Of a DNA stretch of 64,000 bases, positions 10,360-20,395 are shown in pieces. The stretch's first letter is position 1. Each line of letters begins with the position of its first letter. The DNA comes from an uncultured Gemmatimonadaceae bacterium. GTDB taxonomy: Bacteria > Gemmatimonadota > Gemmatimonadetes > Gemmatimonadales > Gemmatimonadaceae. The position numbers were made by a program, and so were the translations under genes. The stretch spans positions 800,001 through 864,000 of the forward strand of contig CAVVTZ010000007.1 of NCBI GenBank assembly GCA_963751275.1. The letters run 5' to 3'. Under the pieces are notes generated by a model. It was not told where the DNA came from. It did no database searches and saw only the letters and a program-made list of their open reading frames with translations.

Positions 10360-11316
10360 TCAGTCGACCCGCGACGACAGCTGCGCCGGGAACGGCTGCG
10401 AGGGAGTTGGCAGCATCACCCCGTTCACGGGCGAGAGCCGCTTCGCGCGTTTCTCCTCGTACATGAGACGGTCGGCGCGCGCGAGCAGGTCGTCCAGGTC
10501 GCGCGGCGCGTCGGGATCGTAGTAGGCGATGCCGATGCTCAGCGAGAGCAGATAGCGGCGGTCGGCGCGCGCGTTGCGGGCGCGGAGGTTCTCCTGCAGG
10601 CGCGCGGTCCACAGCTCGGCGTCGGCGCCCGCGTTCTCCATGGCGAGCACCACGAACTCGTCGCCGCCCATGCGCGCGATGATGTCCGAATCGCGGAACG
10701 TCTCCTTCAGCAGCTCCGTCGTCTCGAGCAGCGCCTGGTCGCCCACGCTGTGGCCCAGCGTGTCGTTGATCACCTTCAGCCCGTCGAGGTCCACGAAGAT
10801 GTGCGACACGCGGCGGCGCATCCGGTCCGCGACCTTGAACAGCTGGCGCGCGAGCGCGAGCAGGCCGCGCCGGTTGTAGAGCAGCGTCAGCGGATCCACC
10901 AGCGACATCTCGCGCAGCGCGGCGTGCAGCTGCTGGCGCTCGATCGCGTAGCGGATCGCGCGCACGAGCAAATGGCCGTCCACCTGGCCCTTCACGAGCG
11001 AGTCCTGCGCGCCCACCTTCAGCGCGCGCATCGCCAGCGCCTCATCGTCCACGCTGCTCAGCACGATGATCGGCAGGTCGGGCTGCTGCTCGTGGAGCAG
11101 CTTGAGCGGATGCAGGTCGTGCCCGTCGCTCAGCGAGAGGTCGAGCAGCACGGCGTCGAACTTCCGGTCGCTCATGCGGTGCAGCGCATCGCTCACCTGC
11201 GTCACGTGCACGAGGTCGAACTGCGCGGCCGCGCGGCCCGCCACCGCGCCGTTGAGGCGCCGGACGTCCCGCTCGCTGTCTGCGATCACCAATACCCGGA
11301 TCGGACCGCCGCTCAA
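10360..11316 (-). CDS. Response regulator diguanylate cyclase (REC-GGDEF)
   Basis: TTG start overlapping upstream TGA; REC with VLLDL and LVKG; RDSD I-site; RMGGDEF. Confidence 0.9.
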   Translation of the reverse strand: MSGGPIRVLVIADSERDVRRLNGAVAGRAAAQFDLVHVTQVSDALHRMSDRKFDAVLLDLSLSDGHDLHPLKLLHEQQPDLPIIVLSSVDDEALAMRALKVGAQDSLVKGQVDGHLLVRAIRYAIERQQLHAALREMSLVDPLTLLYNRRGLLALARQLFKVADRMRRRVSHIFVDLDGLKVINDTLGHSVGDQALLETTELLKETFRDSDIIARMGGDEFVVLAMENAGADAELWTARLQENLRARNARADRRYLLSLSIGIAYYDPDAPRDLDDLLARADRLMYEEKRAKRLSPVNGVMLPTPSQPFPAQLSSRVD

Positions 11317-12962
11317 ACCGCCACCCGCTCGTGCTGCGGCACCGCGACGGGCCGCGGCGGCGGCGCCAACGTGGCGCTCCGCTGGTCCAGGATCCCCATG
11401 AACAGCTTGAACAGGGCGGGGTCGAACGCGGCGCCGACGTCCGCCTGCATGATCTCGCGCGCGCGCTCGCGCGTGAACGCGGTGCGGTACGGCCGGTCGG
11501 TCACCAGCGCGTCCCACACATCGGCAATGCAAAGGATGCGCGCCGAGAGCGGGATCGCCTCGCCCGCGATCCTGTCGGGATAGCCGGTGCCGTCCCAACG
11601 CTCGTGGTGGTGCCGGATCATCGGCTTCACGTCCCACGGGAATTCGATGCCCGCGAGCATCTTCTCGCCGGCCGCCGGATGGCGCTCCATGAGCGCGCGC
11701 TCCTCCGCGGTGAGCGGGCCCGGCTTGTTCAGGATGCTCGACGGCACGATCAGCTTGCCCACGTCGTGCAGCAGCGCGCCGGCGCGGAACCAGAACAGCG
11801 TCTCGTGGTCCAGCCCCGCCATGCGCGCGAGCGCGCACGCGTAGTCGGCCACGCGGTCGCAGTGGCCGCTCGTGTAGTTGTCCTTCGACTCGATGGACGC
11901 GCCCCACTCGGCCACGATCTCCAGGAACTTCGCTTCCAGCTCGCCCAGGCGCCGCCGCGTCTCCACCACGTCGCGCCGCGCGCGCAGTTGCGAGAACAGC
12001 CGGTGCGCCGTGTTCAGCTCGCGCAGCGTGTCGCGATTGCGGTCCTGCCGCCGGTAGAGTTCGGCGCGCTCCTTGGCCGTGTGCGCCGCGAGCAGCAGCT
12101 CGTGCCGCTGCTCGGCGATCTGCCAGGCCTGGCCGAAGAACTCCTCCGCCCCGCCGAAATCGCCCGTCTCGCGCGCGATCACGCCGTAATGCTTGTACGC
12201 ATCGCCCAGCCCGCGGTGGTCGCCGGTCTGCTCCGCCAGCGTGAGCGCGGTGTCGCACCACTCGCGCGCCTTCACGTATTCCCGGCGCGCGATCCACAGT
12301 TCCGCCCGGTTCACCGCCACCGCGATCTGCGTGCCCACGTCGCCCGTGCGCACCGCCGTGTCGAACGCCTCGAGGTACATCTCCTCGGCCGAGCGCCACC
12401 GGCGCATCTGCGAGTAGAGCATCCCGATGTTGTTCAGCAGGCCGCAGAGCGGCCCGTCGAGGCCGAGGCGGCGATAACCGGCGAGCGCCGCGCGGTAGTG
12501 GGTGAGTGCCTTCGGCTGGTCGCCGCGGATCCCGGCGATCGTGCCCAGGTTCTGCTCGATCATCGCGACCAGCTGCGTCTCGCCGGCGAGCGTCGCGTAC
12601 TTCACCGCGCGGCCGTACAGGCGCGCGGCCTCGTCCAGATCGCCGCGCTGCTGGTGCGCGATCGCCATCAGATTGACCACGCTCGCCACGCCGGGCCGGT
12701 CGCTGTTGGCCATCGCCACCGCGAGCGCCGCGGCGTAGCAGTCGAAGGCCGACTCGGTGTCGGCATCGTCGGCGTAGGTGCGCCCCGTCCAGCGCAAGAG
12801 CGCCGAGGCGGTGGACGCGTGCTCGCGCTGGTCCAGGTCGTACAGCGCTTGCTCGTACATCGCGCGCGCGGCCGCCCGCTGCCCCGCGCGCTCCAGGCGC
12901 AGCGCCTCCGAGATGCGCGCCGCCAGCTCCGGCGCGAGCCCTTTCAGCTCGCGCGGCGTCAT
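11313..12962 (-). CDS. TPR-repeat HD-GYP phosphodiesterase
   Basis: N-terminal TPR helices; [35 protein letters not shown]. Confidence 0.9.
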   Translation of the reverse strand: MTPRELKGLAPELAARISEALRLERAGQRAAARAMYEQALYDLDQREHASTASALLRWTGRTYADDADTESAFDCYAAALAVAMANSDRPGVASVVNLMAIAHQQRGDLDEAARLYGRAVKYATLAGETQLVAMIEQNLGTIAGIRGDQPKALTHYRAALAGYRRLGLDGPLCGLLNNIGMLYSQMRRWRSAEEMYLEAFDTAVRTGDVGTQIAVAVNRAELWIARREYVKAREWCDTALTLAEQTGDHRGLGDAYKHYGVIARETGDFGGAEEFFGQAWQIAEQRHELLLAAHTAKERAELYRRQDRNRDTLRELNTAHRLFSQLRARRDVVETRRRLGELEAKFLEIVAEWGASIESKDNYTSGHCDRVADYACALARMAGLDHETLFWFRAGALLHDVGKLIVPSSILNKPGPLTAEERALMERHPAAGEKMLAGIEFPWDVKPMIRHHHERWDGTGYPDRIAGEAIPLSARILCIADVWDALVTDRPYRTAFTRERAREIMQADVGAAFDPALFKLFMGILDQRSATLAPPPRPVAVPQHERVAV

Positions 12963-14095
12963 TCCGGGGGCTCCGTACTGCCGCTCATCACGCCGTATTC
13001 GCGCAGTTTCCGCGCGAGCGTCGGACGCGAGATCCCGAGAATGCGCGCCGCCGCGCTGCGGTTTCCCCCGGTGATCTCCAGCATCGCCAGCACCGCCTCG
13101 CGCTCCACCAGCGCGAGCGCCTTCCCCTCCGGCGGGATCACGATCTCATGGTGCGCGCCCTGCGCCGCGTGGGTCGCGGGCATCGACATGCGCTGCTGGA
13201 TCATCATGTGCTCGGCGCCGATCGACTGTCCCTCGGACAGGATCGCCGCGTGCTCGATCACGTTCTTCAGCTCGCGGATGTTGCCGGGCCACATGTGCCC
13301 GCGCAGCGCCGCGGCCGCCGCGGGCTCGAGCGTCTTCGGCTCCAGGTCCTGCTGGCGCGCGATCTCGGCCAGGAAATGCTGCGCGAGCAGCTCGACATCC
13401 CCCGCGCGCGTGCGCAGCGGGGGCAGCACGATCCGGAAGACGTTGAGGCGGTAGTAGAGATCCTCGCGGAACTCGAGCCGCGCCACCGCATCGTGCAGCG
13501 ACGTATTGGCCGCCGTGATGATCCGGCAGCTGATCTCGATCTCCTGCAAGCCCCCGAGCCGGCGCACGCGGCGCTCCTCGAGCGCGCGGAGCAGCTTGGG
13601 CTGCAACCGCGGGGGCAGCTCGCCGATCTCGTCCAGGAAGAGCGTGCCGTTGCCGGCGAGCTCCATCAGGCCGCGCTTCTGCGCGCGCGCGTCGGTGAAC
13701 GCGCCCCGCTCGTGCCCGAACAGCTCGGACTCCAACAGCGTCTCGGGGATCGCGGCGCAGTTCACTGCGACGAACGGCTCGCCGCGCGATGCGCCTTCGT
13801 AGTGGATGCCGCGCGCGAAGAGCTCCTTGCCGGTGCCCGTCTCGCCCACGACCAGCACCGTCGTCAGGCGGCTGGACGCCACCTTGCGCGCGCGCTCCAG
13901 GGCGTCCCGGATCGCATCGCTCTCACCGACGATATTCTCGAGGCCGAATTGCAACGCTCCCCCGGGTCGTGACTCCAAGCAAGGGACTTCAGCGGGCGCT
14001 CCAAAGTAACCGGGCTCGGCGGCGTCCGGCACCTCCGGCGCGCGCAGCCGCGGAGCCGGCGGATGCGCGGTGGGATCCGCGCGCATCTTGCTCAT
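12959..14095 (-). CDS. Sigma54-dependent Fis-family activator (bEBP) lacking a sensory domain
   Basis: [41 protein letters not shown]-terminal Fis HTH; ATGA overlaps at both ends. Confidence 0.92.
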   Translation of the reverse strand: MSKMRADPTAHPPAPRLRAPEVPDAAEPGYFGAPAEVPCLESRPGGALQFGLENIVGESDAIRDALERARKVASSRLTTVLVVGETGTGKELFARGIHYEGASRGEPFVAVNCAAIPETLLESELFGHERGAFTDARAQKRGLMELAGNGTLFLDEIGELPPRLQPKLLRALEERRVRRLGGLQEIEISCRIITAANTSLHDAVARLEFREDLYYRLNVFRIVLPPLRTRAGDVELLAQHFLAEIARQQDLEPKTLEPAAAAALRGHMWPGNIRELKNVIEHAAILSEGQSIGAEHMMIQQRMSMPATHAAQGAHHEIVIPPEGKALALVEREAVLAMLEITGGNRSAAARILGISRPTLARKLREYGVMSGSTEPPE

Positions 14096-15144
14096 GCGGC
14101 GAGCGCCGACAGGCGCCGTTCGACGTCGCCCACCTGGCGCGCCGCGCCGAGCGCGCGGAAGCGCGTGAGCGCCTGCTCCCACGCGAGCCGTGCCGCCGCG
14201 GGCTCGCCGCGACGCAGCCACAACTCGCCCGCGTCGCGCTCCACTTCCGCCTCGAGCAGGGCATCCTCGGTCTCGCGCGCCATCGCGCGCGCCGCGTCCA
14301 GCGACCGTGTCGCGCTCTCCAGCTCGCCGCGCTCCCGGCCCACCAGTGCGAGCAGGCGCAGCGACTCGGCGTGACGTGCCCGGTCCCCCCGGTGCTCGGC
14401 CATCGCGAGGCCATGCCGGCACACGGTCTCCGCGTCGGCCAGCAGCCCCCGTGCGACGAGCAGTTCCACGCGGCTCAGCTCCACCGCCTCCGTCAGCGGC
14501 ACGTCCCCGATCCGCTTGGCGAGCGCGAGCGCCTCCTGCGACGCGCGCTCCGCTTCGTCGAGTTCCCCCGCCAGCGTGTGCAACCGCCCCACGTTGCAGA
14601 GCACCCAGCACGCGCCCTCCTCGTCGCCCGCATCGCGGAATCCGCGGAGGCTCAGCCGGAAGCGCGCGAGCGCGTCCTTGTCCTCGCCCTGCACCATGGC
14701 GAGCGCGCCAAGGTTCTGTTCGATCATCCCGAACAGCCGGCGCTCGCCCGCGTGCACCGCGTTCAGCCCCGCCTCGGCGTACAGACGCCGCGCCTGCTTC
14801 ACGTCGCCGCGCCGCTGCGCCACGATGGCGAGGCAATTGAGCGCGTTCGCAATGCCGCCGGCGTACGGGAGCGTGCGCGAAAGGGTGAGACTCCGCGCGT
14901 ACAGCGGCTCGGCCCCCGCCAAGTCGCCGAGCTCGCGCCGCAGGGTGCCCTTCCAGCGCAGGATGTCCGCGAGCTGCGCGGTCGGGCGGTGCGTCTCCAA
15001 CAGCGTGATCGCGAGGTCGTAGGCCGCAAGCGCTTCGCGCGCGCTGCCCTCACGTTCGAGACGCTGCGCACGGTCCGCGATGCGATGCGCCTCGGCCGCC
15101 GGCGGTGTCCGCTCCGCCGAGGAGTGCGTGATCGACTTGTTCAC
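14092..15144 (-). CDS. Stand-alone tetratricopeptide repeat protein
   Basis: Repeated TPR-like helices ([23 protein letters not shown]) similar to the TPR part of the HD-GYP protein. Confidence 0.8.
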   Translation of the reverse strand: MNKSITHSSAERTPPAAEAHRIADRAQRLEREGSAREALAAYDLAITLLETHRPTAQLADILRWKGTLRRELGDLAGAEPLYARSLTLSRTLPYAGGIANALNCLAIVAQRRGDVKQARRLYAEAGLNAVHAGERRLFGMIEQNLGALAMVQGEDKDALARFRLSLRGFRDAGDEEGACWVLCNVGRLHTLAGELDEAERASQEALALAKRIGDVPLTEAVELSRVELLVARGLLADAETVCRHGLAMAEHRGDRARHAESLRLLALVGRERGELESATRSLDAARAMARETEDALLEAEVERDAGELWLRRGEPAAARLAWEQALTRFRALGAARQVGDVERRLSALAA

Positions 15145-15174
15145 GGGATGTCCCCCCGGGTTCCCGCGCCGGCC

Positions 15175-15840
15175 CTAGTGCCGCCCCCCGATCACGCCGC
15201 AGCACGTCGGCTGGTACTGCGAGGCCAGGATCACCACCGAGAAGTGCGGCACCGGGAAGGACGCGGAAGTCAACGCATCGTTGACCGTCGCTGTCAGGTC
15301 CTGATACGTCGTGACCCCATCGTCCGCGCCGATCAGGAGCCGCGACACGATGTATCCGCCGCTCAACTGCTTCGCGATCGCCTGACTCTTGTACGCGTTG
15401 GTGAAGCTCAGATCGAGCGTCAGCGTCGCCGGCGTCGCGAACTGCAGCCCGCTCGGTGACATCTCGAACACCACGTTGCGGCCGGCGTCGGCACGCATCG
15501 TGATCTTCGTCCGCTTGGTGAGTGCGCCGGCCGGCACCGTGAAGACCGCGCCGACCGATGGGATCCGGATCGCGCCGCCCTGCGCCCCGATCGCCGCGCT
15601 CGCCGACACATTGTGCTTGAGACGCGGCACCCAGCGCAGCACCCGCACCTTGTGGCCGTGATTCCCGTCGGCAGCGGCCACCCGGTCCGCTGCAGCGAGC
15701 GGTACCGCGCTCGTCATGTTCGCGGACGGCGTAGCGGTCGAGGCGCTGCGCGTCGCCAGCGGCGACGTCGTGTCGCCGCAGGCATACATCGCGCCGATGC
15801 CGGCCAACAGGGCGCCGGTCGCAGCAAGGCGGACGTTCAT
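15175..15840 (-). CDS. Lipoprotein with ZU5-like domain and C-terminal HFS motif
   Basis: MYAC lipobox; IGAQGGAI..VPAGAL..ITM..PSGLQFATPATL..PHFS; GGAG RBS before ATG 15840. Confidence 0.7.
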   Translation of the reverse strand: MNVRLAATGALLAGIGAMYACGDTTSPLATRSASTATPSANMTSAVPLAAADRVAAADGNHGHKVRVLRWVPRLKHNVSASAAIGAQGGAIRIPSVGAVFTVPAGALTKRTKITMRADAGRNVVFEMSPSGLQFATPATLTLDLSFTNAYKSQAIAKQLSGGYIVSRLLIGADDGVTTYQDLTATVNDALTSASFPVPHFSVVILASQYQPTCCGVIGGRH

Positions 15841-15900
15841 GGGGACTTCTCCGTTCGAAGGGCGGGGGAACAGCGGCATGGCGGACGAGTGTCTATCTAT

Positions 15901-15916
15901 AGCAACTGCTGTGCCT
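15901..15916 (-). promoter_or_regulatory. Sigma54 (-24/-12) promoter
   Basis: Minus strand reads AGGCAC-AGCAG-TTGCT (GG-N10-GC), close to consensus TGGCAC-N5-TTGCW, about 60 bp upstream of the operon start. Confidence 0.7.
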
Positions 15917-16010
15917 CACGTAACTCGTTGCCATTGCACGTTCTTTTTCAGCAGGTGGAACGCATCGTTCCGGGGTATCAGAACGTTACGTTACAACAGC
16001 GGAACGTTTC

Positions 16011-16041
16011 TTACCGTCACGCAACGGGACGTTACCGTCAC
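16011..16041. promoter_or_regulatory. Candidate bEBP upstream activator sites
   Basis: TTACCGTCAC direct repeat at 16011 and 16032 (21-bp period), about 100 bp upstream of the sigma54 site. Confidence 0.4.
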
Positions 16042-16048
16042 CGTGGAC

Positions 16049-16933
16049 CTATTGACCGATTCCCGCTCCGCTCGCATGCGCCCAAACCAGCCGCGAAACA
16101 TCGGCTGTGAGACGCCGAGTGACCGAGTCGCCGGCGCTCCCTTGATGCAGCACCACGAGCACGTACGGCGTGGCGGATAGCGGGTAGACGATCGCCGCAT
16201 CATGGTCGACCAGGCCATCGACCCACCCGGTCTTGTGCGCCACCGGTGTATGCGGCGGCAGGCCCGCGGGAATGCCGTCGTCGAACTCCTGCTTGAGGAG
16301 GATCGCGAGCATCGCCTTGCAGCTCGCCGGCGAGGCGGCCTTGTCCTGGGCGATCGCCGCCATCACCACGGCGAGATCGTGCGCGGTCACCGTGTTGATG
16401 AGTCCCGCGCGATACGCCGGGATGTCTTCCACGCCGCGCAGCACGCGAATATGCGGTGCGCCCAGTTCATGCATCGTCTGGGTGACCTGCGCCGGACCCG
16501 CGAGATCGATCAGCACGTTCGTCGCGAGATTGCTCGAGCGCGTGATCATGAGAAAGATCAGCTCGCTCACCGTGACCGGCTGTCCGACGCGCGCATACAG
16601 CGAGCTGTCGGAGTCATCGGCCATGTCGAGCGCGTACGGCGAGCCGTCGACGATCGACTTGAACTCGTTCTGCAGCGTGATCTTCGTGTCGAGCGAGAGC
16701 GTGCCCGCGTCCACCATGCGGTAGAGCTGGATCATCACCGGCACCTTCATCGTGCTCGCCGCGTGGTAGGTCCAATTGTCGTGGATGAGCAGCGAGTCCG
16801 CGTTCGCCGCGAGCGGCCAGTAGGCCACGGCGGTGCGCGTCGTGGAATCGACGGCGATCCGCGCGCGTACTTCCGCTTCGAGCGTGGTGGGTGGCTGGAG
16901 CGCGATGATCAGCGCCAGGATGATCTGCATCAT
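16049..16933 (-). CDS. Serine hydrolase, class A beta-lactamase-like
   Basis: ASTMK (SxxK), SSN, HKTG; signal peptide. Confidence 0.85.
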   Translation of the reverse strand: MMQIILALIIALQPPTTLEAEVRARIAVDSTTRTAVAYWPLAANADSLLIHDNWTYHAASTMKVPVMIQLYRMVDAGTLSLDTKITLQNEFKSIVDGSPYALDMADDSDSSLYARVGQPVTVSELIFLMITRSSNLATNVLIDLAGPAQVTQTMHELGAPHIRVLRGVEDIPAYRAGLINTVTAHDLAVVMAAIAQDKAASPASCKAMLAILLKQEFDDGIPAGLPPHTPVAHKTGWVDGLVDHDAAIVYPLSATPYVLVVLHQGSAGDSVTRRLTADVSRLVWAHASGAGIGQ

Positions 16934-17283
16934 GCGGACACCGTCCCCCGGAAAACGAAGTACACCGCCCCGACCAGGCAGAGCGCGGCCCAGAGGAAAT
17001 CGAGCTTGAGCGGCTGTTTCATGTAGAAGATCGCGAACGGTACGAAGACGCTCACGGAGATCACTTCCTGCATGATCTTCAGCTGGCCGAGTGACAGCTG
17101 CGTGTAGCCGATGCGGTTCGCCGGCACCTGGAGCAGATACTCGAACAGCGCGATCCCCCAGCTGGCCAGTGCCGCCACATACCATGGGCGCGCGCTGAGG
17201 TTCTTGAGATGCGCATACCACGCGAACGTCATGAAGAGGTTCGAGAGAATGAGCAATCCGGATGTCTTGAGGATCACGGGCAT
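16930..17283 (-). CDS. DMT family small membrane protein
   Basis: SNLFMTFAWYAHLK, SWGIALFEYLLQVPANRIG, QLKIMQEVIS. Confidence 0.85.
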   Translation of the reverse strand: MPVILKTSGLLILSNLFMTFAWYAHLKNLSARPWYVAALASWGIALFEYLLQVPANRIGYTQLSLGQLKIMQEVISVSVFVPFAIFYMKQPLKLDFLWAALCLVGAVYFVFRGTVSA

Positions 17284-17429
17284 GAGCGGTCCTGAGGTGA
17301 GTGATCACACCGGGGCGCCGAATATACGCGCGGCGCGCGCGCTCCGACACCGCGCGGGTTGCCGAATGCGCGCTGGCTCGTTTGTCGTGTACCCCGCGTC
17401 ATGCACCGATCCGCTTTCCGCGCTCTCGA

Positions 17430-17888
17430 ATGCCTTCGCTCACGCCGCACGCCGCCATGCCCCCGATCCCCGTGCCCGCGGACGTTTCGCGGCGCGAGCG
17501 GCTGCGGTTCACGGACTTCCGCTTCAAGCGCGCCGCCGACGGCCGCTGCAGCGCCGAGGTGGAGCTGGAATGGATGGAGGGGGTGCGCGTGCGCGGCGAT
17601 GCGGAGGGCCAATCGAGCCAGACGGTGGATCTGCGCGTCGCGGCCGAGGCGGCCCTCCGCGCGCTCGAACGCTTCTCGGATGGCTCGCTCCGCTTCGAGC
17701 TGGTGGGCGTGAAATCGGTGCGCGTCTTCGATGCGAACGTGATCATCGTGTCGGTGACGAACCACGGCGGCGGCCCATCGAAATTGCTCGGCTCGTGCCT
17801 GGTGGAAACGGATCCGGTGCGCGGCGCCGTGATCGCCGTGCTGAACGCGACGAATCGCGTCCTCGGCAATTTCATCGCGACGCGCTGA
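17430..17888 (+). CDS. Hypothetical protein; start uncertain (17430 or 17457)
   Basis: Compact alpha/beta ORF ending DPVRGAVIAVLNATNR, immediately upstream of the transglycosylase. Confidence 0.65.
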   Translation: MPSLTPHAAMPPIPVPADVSRRERLRFTDFRFKRAADGRCSAEVELEWMEGVRVRGDAEGQSSQTVDLRVAAEAALRALERFSDGSLRFELVGVKSVRVFDANVIIVSVTNHGGGPSKLLGSCLVETDPVRGAVIAVLNATNRVLGNFIATR

Positions 17889-17898
17889 CCGCGCGTCG

Positions 17899-19422
17899 AT
17901 GACCAGGTCCCTCGCGCGGTGCGCGCTGGCTGCGCTCTTCGCGGCCGCCGCGTGCCACTCCGCTCCTCCGGCCACCGCGCCGGCGCCGGGCACCGTCGTG
18001 CCTGGTGCGGCGCCACGCGACTCGATGCAGGCCGCGAGCGCACGCCCGGACACCATGCGTCGCGACAGCACCCCGATCCCGGTGCCCGAGGTGACTCACG
18101 AGGCGGTGAGCCTCTTTGGCGACTCCATCTCGGCGCCGACCATGGTAGCCGACAGCATCGCGGATTCGAGCGCGGCGCAACCGGCTCCCGTGGCCGCCGC
18201 GGCCGCACCCGCCGCCGCGACGTGGGACATCGATGTCCGCTCCTACGAAACGCGGCAGCGCGTCGCGTTCTACGTCGCGCGCTTCCAGGGTGAGGCGCGG
18301 CCCCGGTTCAGCGCGTGGCTGCAGCGCGGCGGACGGTATGAACCAATGATCCGCGCGAAGCTCAAGAAGGCTGGACTGCCCGAAGACCTCACCTATCTCG
18401 CCCTCATCGAGAGCGGCTACGATCCCAACGCGTACTCGAGCGCAGCCGCGATCGGCATCTGGCAGCTCATGACCGGCACCGCCCAGGGGACCGGCCTCCG
18501 TGTGGACTGGTGGATCGACGAGCGCCGCGATCCCGTGCGCTCCACCGACGGCGCGATCAAGTTCCTCGGCTGGCTCAACGGGCAGTTCGGCTCGCTCTAT
18601 CTCGCCGCCGCCGCATACAATGGCGGCCCCGGTCGCGTCGCACGCGGGCTTACGCGCTACGCCGATTCGCTCGAAGGGCGCACCGGCGACGACCGGTTCT
18701 TCGCGTTGGCGGAGACCGACTATCTGCGCGCCGAGACGCGGGATTATGTGCCGAAGCTGATCGCCGCGGCGCTCGTTGCGAAAGAGCCCGCGAAGTACGG
18801 ACTCGCGATCACGCTCGATCCGCCGCTCGCGTACGACTCGGCGCTGCTGGGTCCCGCGACGCCGCTGGCGTTGGTCGCGAAAGCGGCGGGTGCGCCGCTG
18901 CCGAAGATCATGGAGCTGAACAACGGGATCCTGCGCGGGATGACGCCGCCGGCCGGACAGTGGTGGGTACGGATTCCGGCTGGAAGCGGCATCGCGTTCG
19001 ACTCGGCGTTCGCACTGGTCCCAGCGAGCAAAAGATCAGGAATCCAGCGCTATACGGTGAAAAACAACAGCAGTATCACGACAGTAAGCCATAAATTCAA
19101 GCTATCATCGCGACAGTTCATCTGGTTCAACCCGCAATACAAGAAGAGCAAGAGCGGCGTGGTCGGAGCGGGGAAGGTCGTGCTCATCCCCACGGCCGCT
19201 ACCCTCTCTGCCGCGCGCGACGTGCCGGACCCCGCGATCGAGAAATACGGTTCATCGCGCCAGCATTCGGTGACGCACGTGGTGAAGAAGGGCGAGACGC
19301 TCACGTCGATCGCGACGCGGTACGGGACTACCGCGGCATCGCTTCGAAAGCTGAACGGGTTGAAGACGAACGCGATATACCCGGGTCAGGTCCTGCTCAT
19401 CAAGAAGGGCAAGAGGCGATAG
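17899..19422 (+). CDS. mltD: MltD-like lytic transglycosylase with LysM domain(s)
   Basis: Lipobox AAAC; LALIESG, AIGIWQLM, AAYNGG, ETRDYVPK; C-terminal HVVKKGETL LysM. Confidence 0.85.
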   Translation: MTRSLARCALAALFAAAACHSAPPATAPAPGTVVPGAAPRDSMQAASARPDTMRRDSTPIPVPEVTHEAVSLFGDSISAPTMVADSIADSSAAQPAPVAAAAAPAAATWDIDVRSYETRQRVAFYVARFQGEARPRFSAWLQRGGRYEPMIRAKLKKAGLPEDLTYLALIESGYDPNAYSSAAAIGIWQLMTGTAQGTGLRVDWWIDERRDPVRSTDGAIKFLGWLNGQFGSLYLAAAAYNGGPGRVARGLTRYADSLEGRTGDDRFFALAETDYLRAETRDYVPKLIAAALVAKEPAKYGLAITLDPPLAYDSALLGPATPLALVAKAAGAPLPKIMELNNGILRGMTPPAGQWWVRIPAGSGIAFDSAFALVPASKRSGIQRYTVKNNSSITTVSHKFKLSSRQFIWFNPQYKKSKSGVVGAGKVVLIPTAATLSAARDVPDPAIEKYGSSRQHSVTHVVKKGETLTSIATRYGTTAASLRKLNGLKTNAIYPGQVLLIKKGKRR

Positions 19423-19449
19423 TAGCACCACTCCCTGACTCCGTGAGAC

Positions 19450-19606
19450 GCACCCCCAACGCCGTGAGGCGTGAGGCGTGCGCCGAACAGACTGCACCGC
19501 GTGCGACGAGACCCGAACTCCGTGAGTCACTCACGAAGCTCGGGTCTCGCCGCACGCCTCACAATCAGTTCGGCGCACGCCTCACGCCTCACGGCGTTCG
19601 GGGTGC
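19450..19606. repeat. Family B-related nested palindrome
   Basis: Outer CCCCAACGCCGTGAGGCGTGAGGCGTGCGCCGAAC and its inverse enclose an inner CCCGAACTCCGTGAG hairpin. Confidence 0.75.
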
Positions 19607-19620
19607 CAATACCGCCGTTC

Positions 19621-20313
19621 TTAGTCGACCGTGCCCCGTCCTTTATAGCCTCTCATCACCGCCAACTCGTACCCATTCCGCGGATCCTGCCCCAGCATCC
19701 GCATGGACTCCACGGTCTGCGAGCCGCGGTTATACACCAGCAGCGCGATCTGCACGTCCCCGCGGTACTGCGTGATCAGCGTCCGCAGGTAGCGGAATCC
19801 CACCCGCAGATTCGTGTGAACCTCGGTGAGGTTCTCACGGGTGGTGTCGCGCTCGAAGTACTTCGCCGTCGCCGGCATGATCTGCGTGAGCCCCACGGCG
19901 CCCGCCGAACTCACGGCGCGCTCGTTGAACTGGCTTTCGACCTTCACGAGGCGGAACGCCAGGTCCGGGTCGATCCCCTCCTCGAGCGCCACGTCGTACA
20001 CCGGCGCCGCGACATCCGCGCCCACCCTATACCGCGCCGAGTAGTCCAGGATCGCGTTCGCCCGGCTCAGCTGGGCGCGCGCGATGTCCAGATCGCTGCG
20101 GGTCGCGGCCAGATCAGCCGCCAGGCGGTGCGACTGCGCCACCAGTCCAAAAGCAAATCCACCGTTGGAAGAGGCTTCCGCCTCCCGGGGCTGCTCCGCT
20201 GGGATGAGCGCGATCGCCGCGATCAACCCGCCCACCAGCAACCCCTTCCTGATCCGCGCATTGCGGCGGATCCGGTCGCCACGGTGCGAATACGTCACTT
20301 TGGAAAATTTCAT
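19621..20313 (-). CDS. SLT-domain lytic transglycosylase
   Basis: VKVESQF, GAVGLTQIMP, ALLVYNRG; N-terminal TM helix; GGAGG RBS. Confidence 0.85.
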   Translation of the reverse strand: MKFSKVTYSHRGDRIRRNARIRKGLLVGGLIAAIALIPAEQPREAEASSNGGFAFGLVAQSHRLAADLAATRSDLDIARAQLSRANAILDYSARYRVGADVAAPVYDVALEEGIDPDLAFRLVKVESQFNERAVSSAGAVGLTQIMPATAKYFERDTTRENLTEVHTNLRVGFRYLRTLITQYRGDVQIALLVYNRGSQTVESMRMLGQDPRNGYELAVMRGYKGRGTVD

Positions 20314-20395
20314 GGTCCCCTCCAGAAGGCGGGTTCCAGACACACGAACGGGGCGACGAATCGCCCCGCAGCCCTTACGGGCAATACCACAACGG

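Noticed and set aside
11317..12399. N-terminal extension of the 679-aa GGDEF ORF, and likewise of the 625-aa bEBP ORF
   Set aside because: They overlap real upstream genes in another frame; coupled starts at 11316 and 14095 fit better
16049..16933. True antibiotic-resistance beta-lactamase
   Set aside because: It has the family motifs, but activity cannot be inferred; such serine hydrolases are widespread
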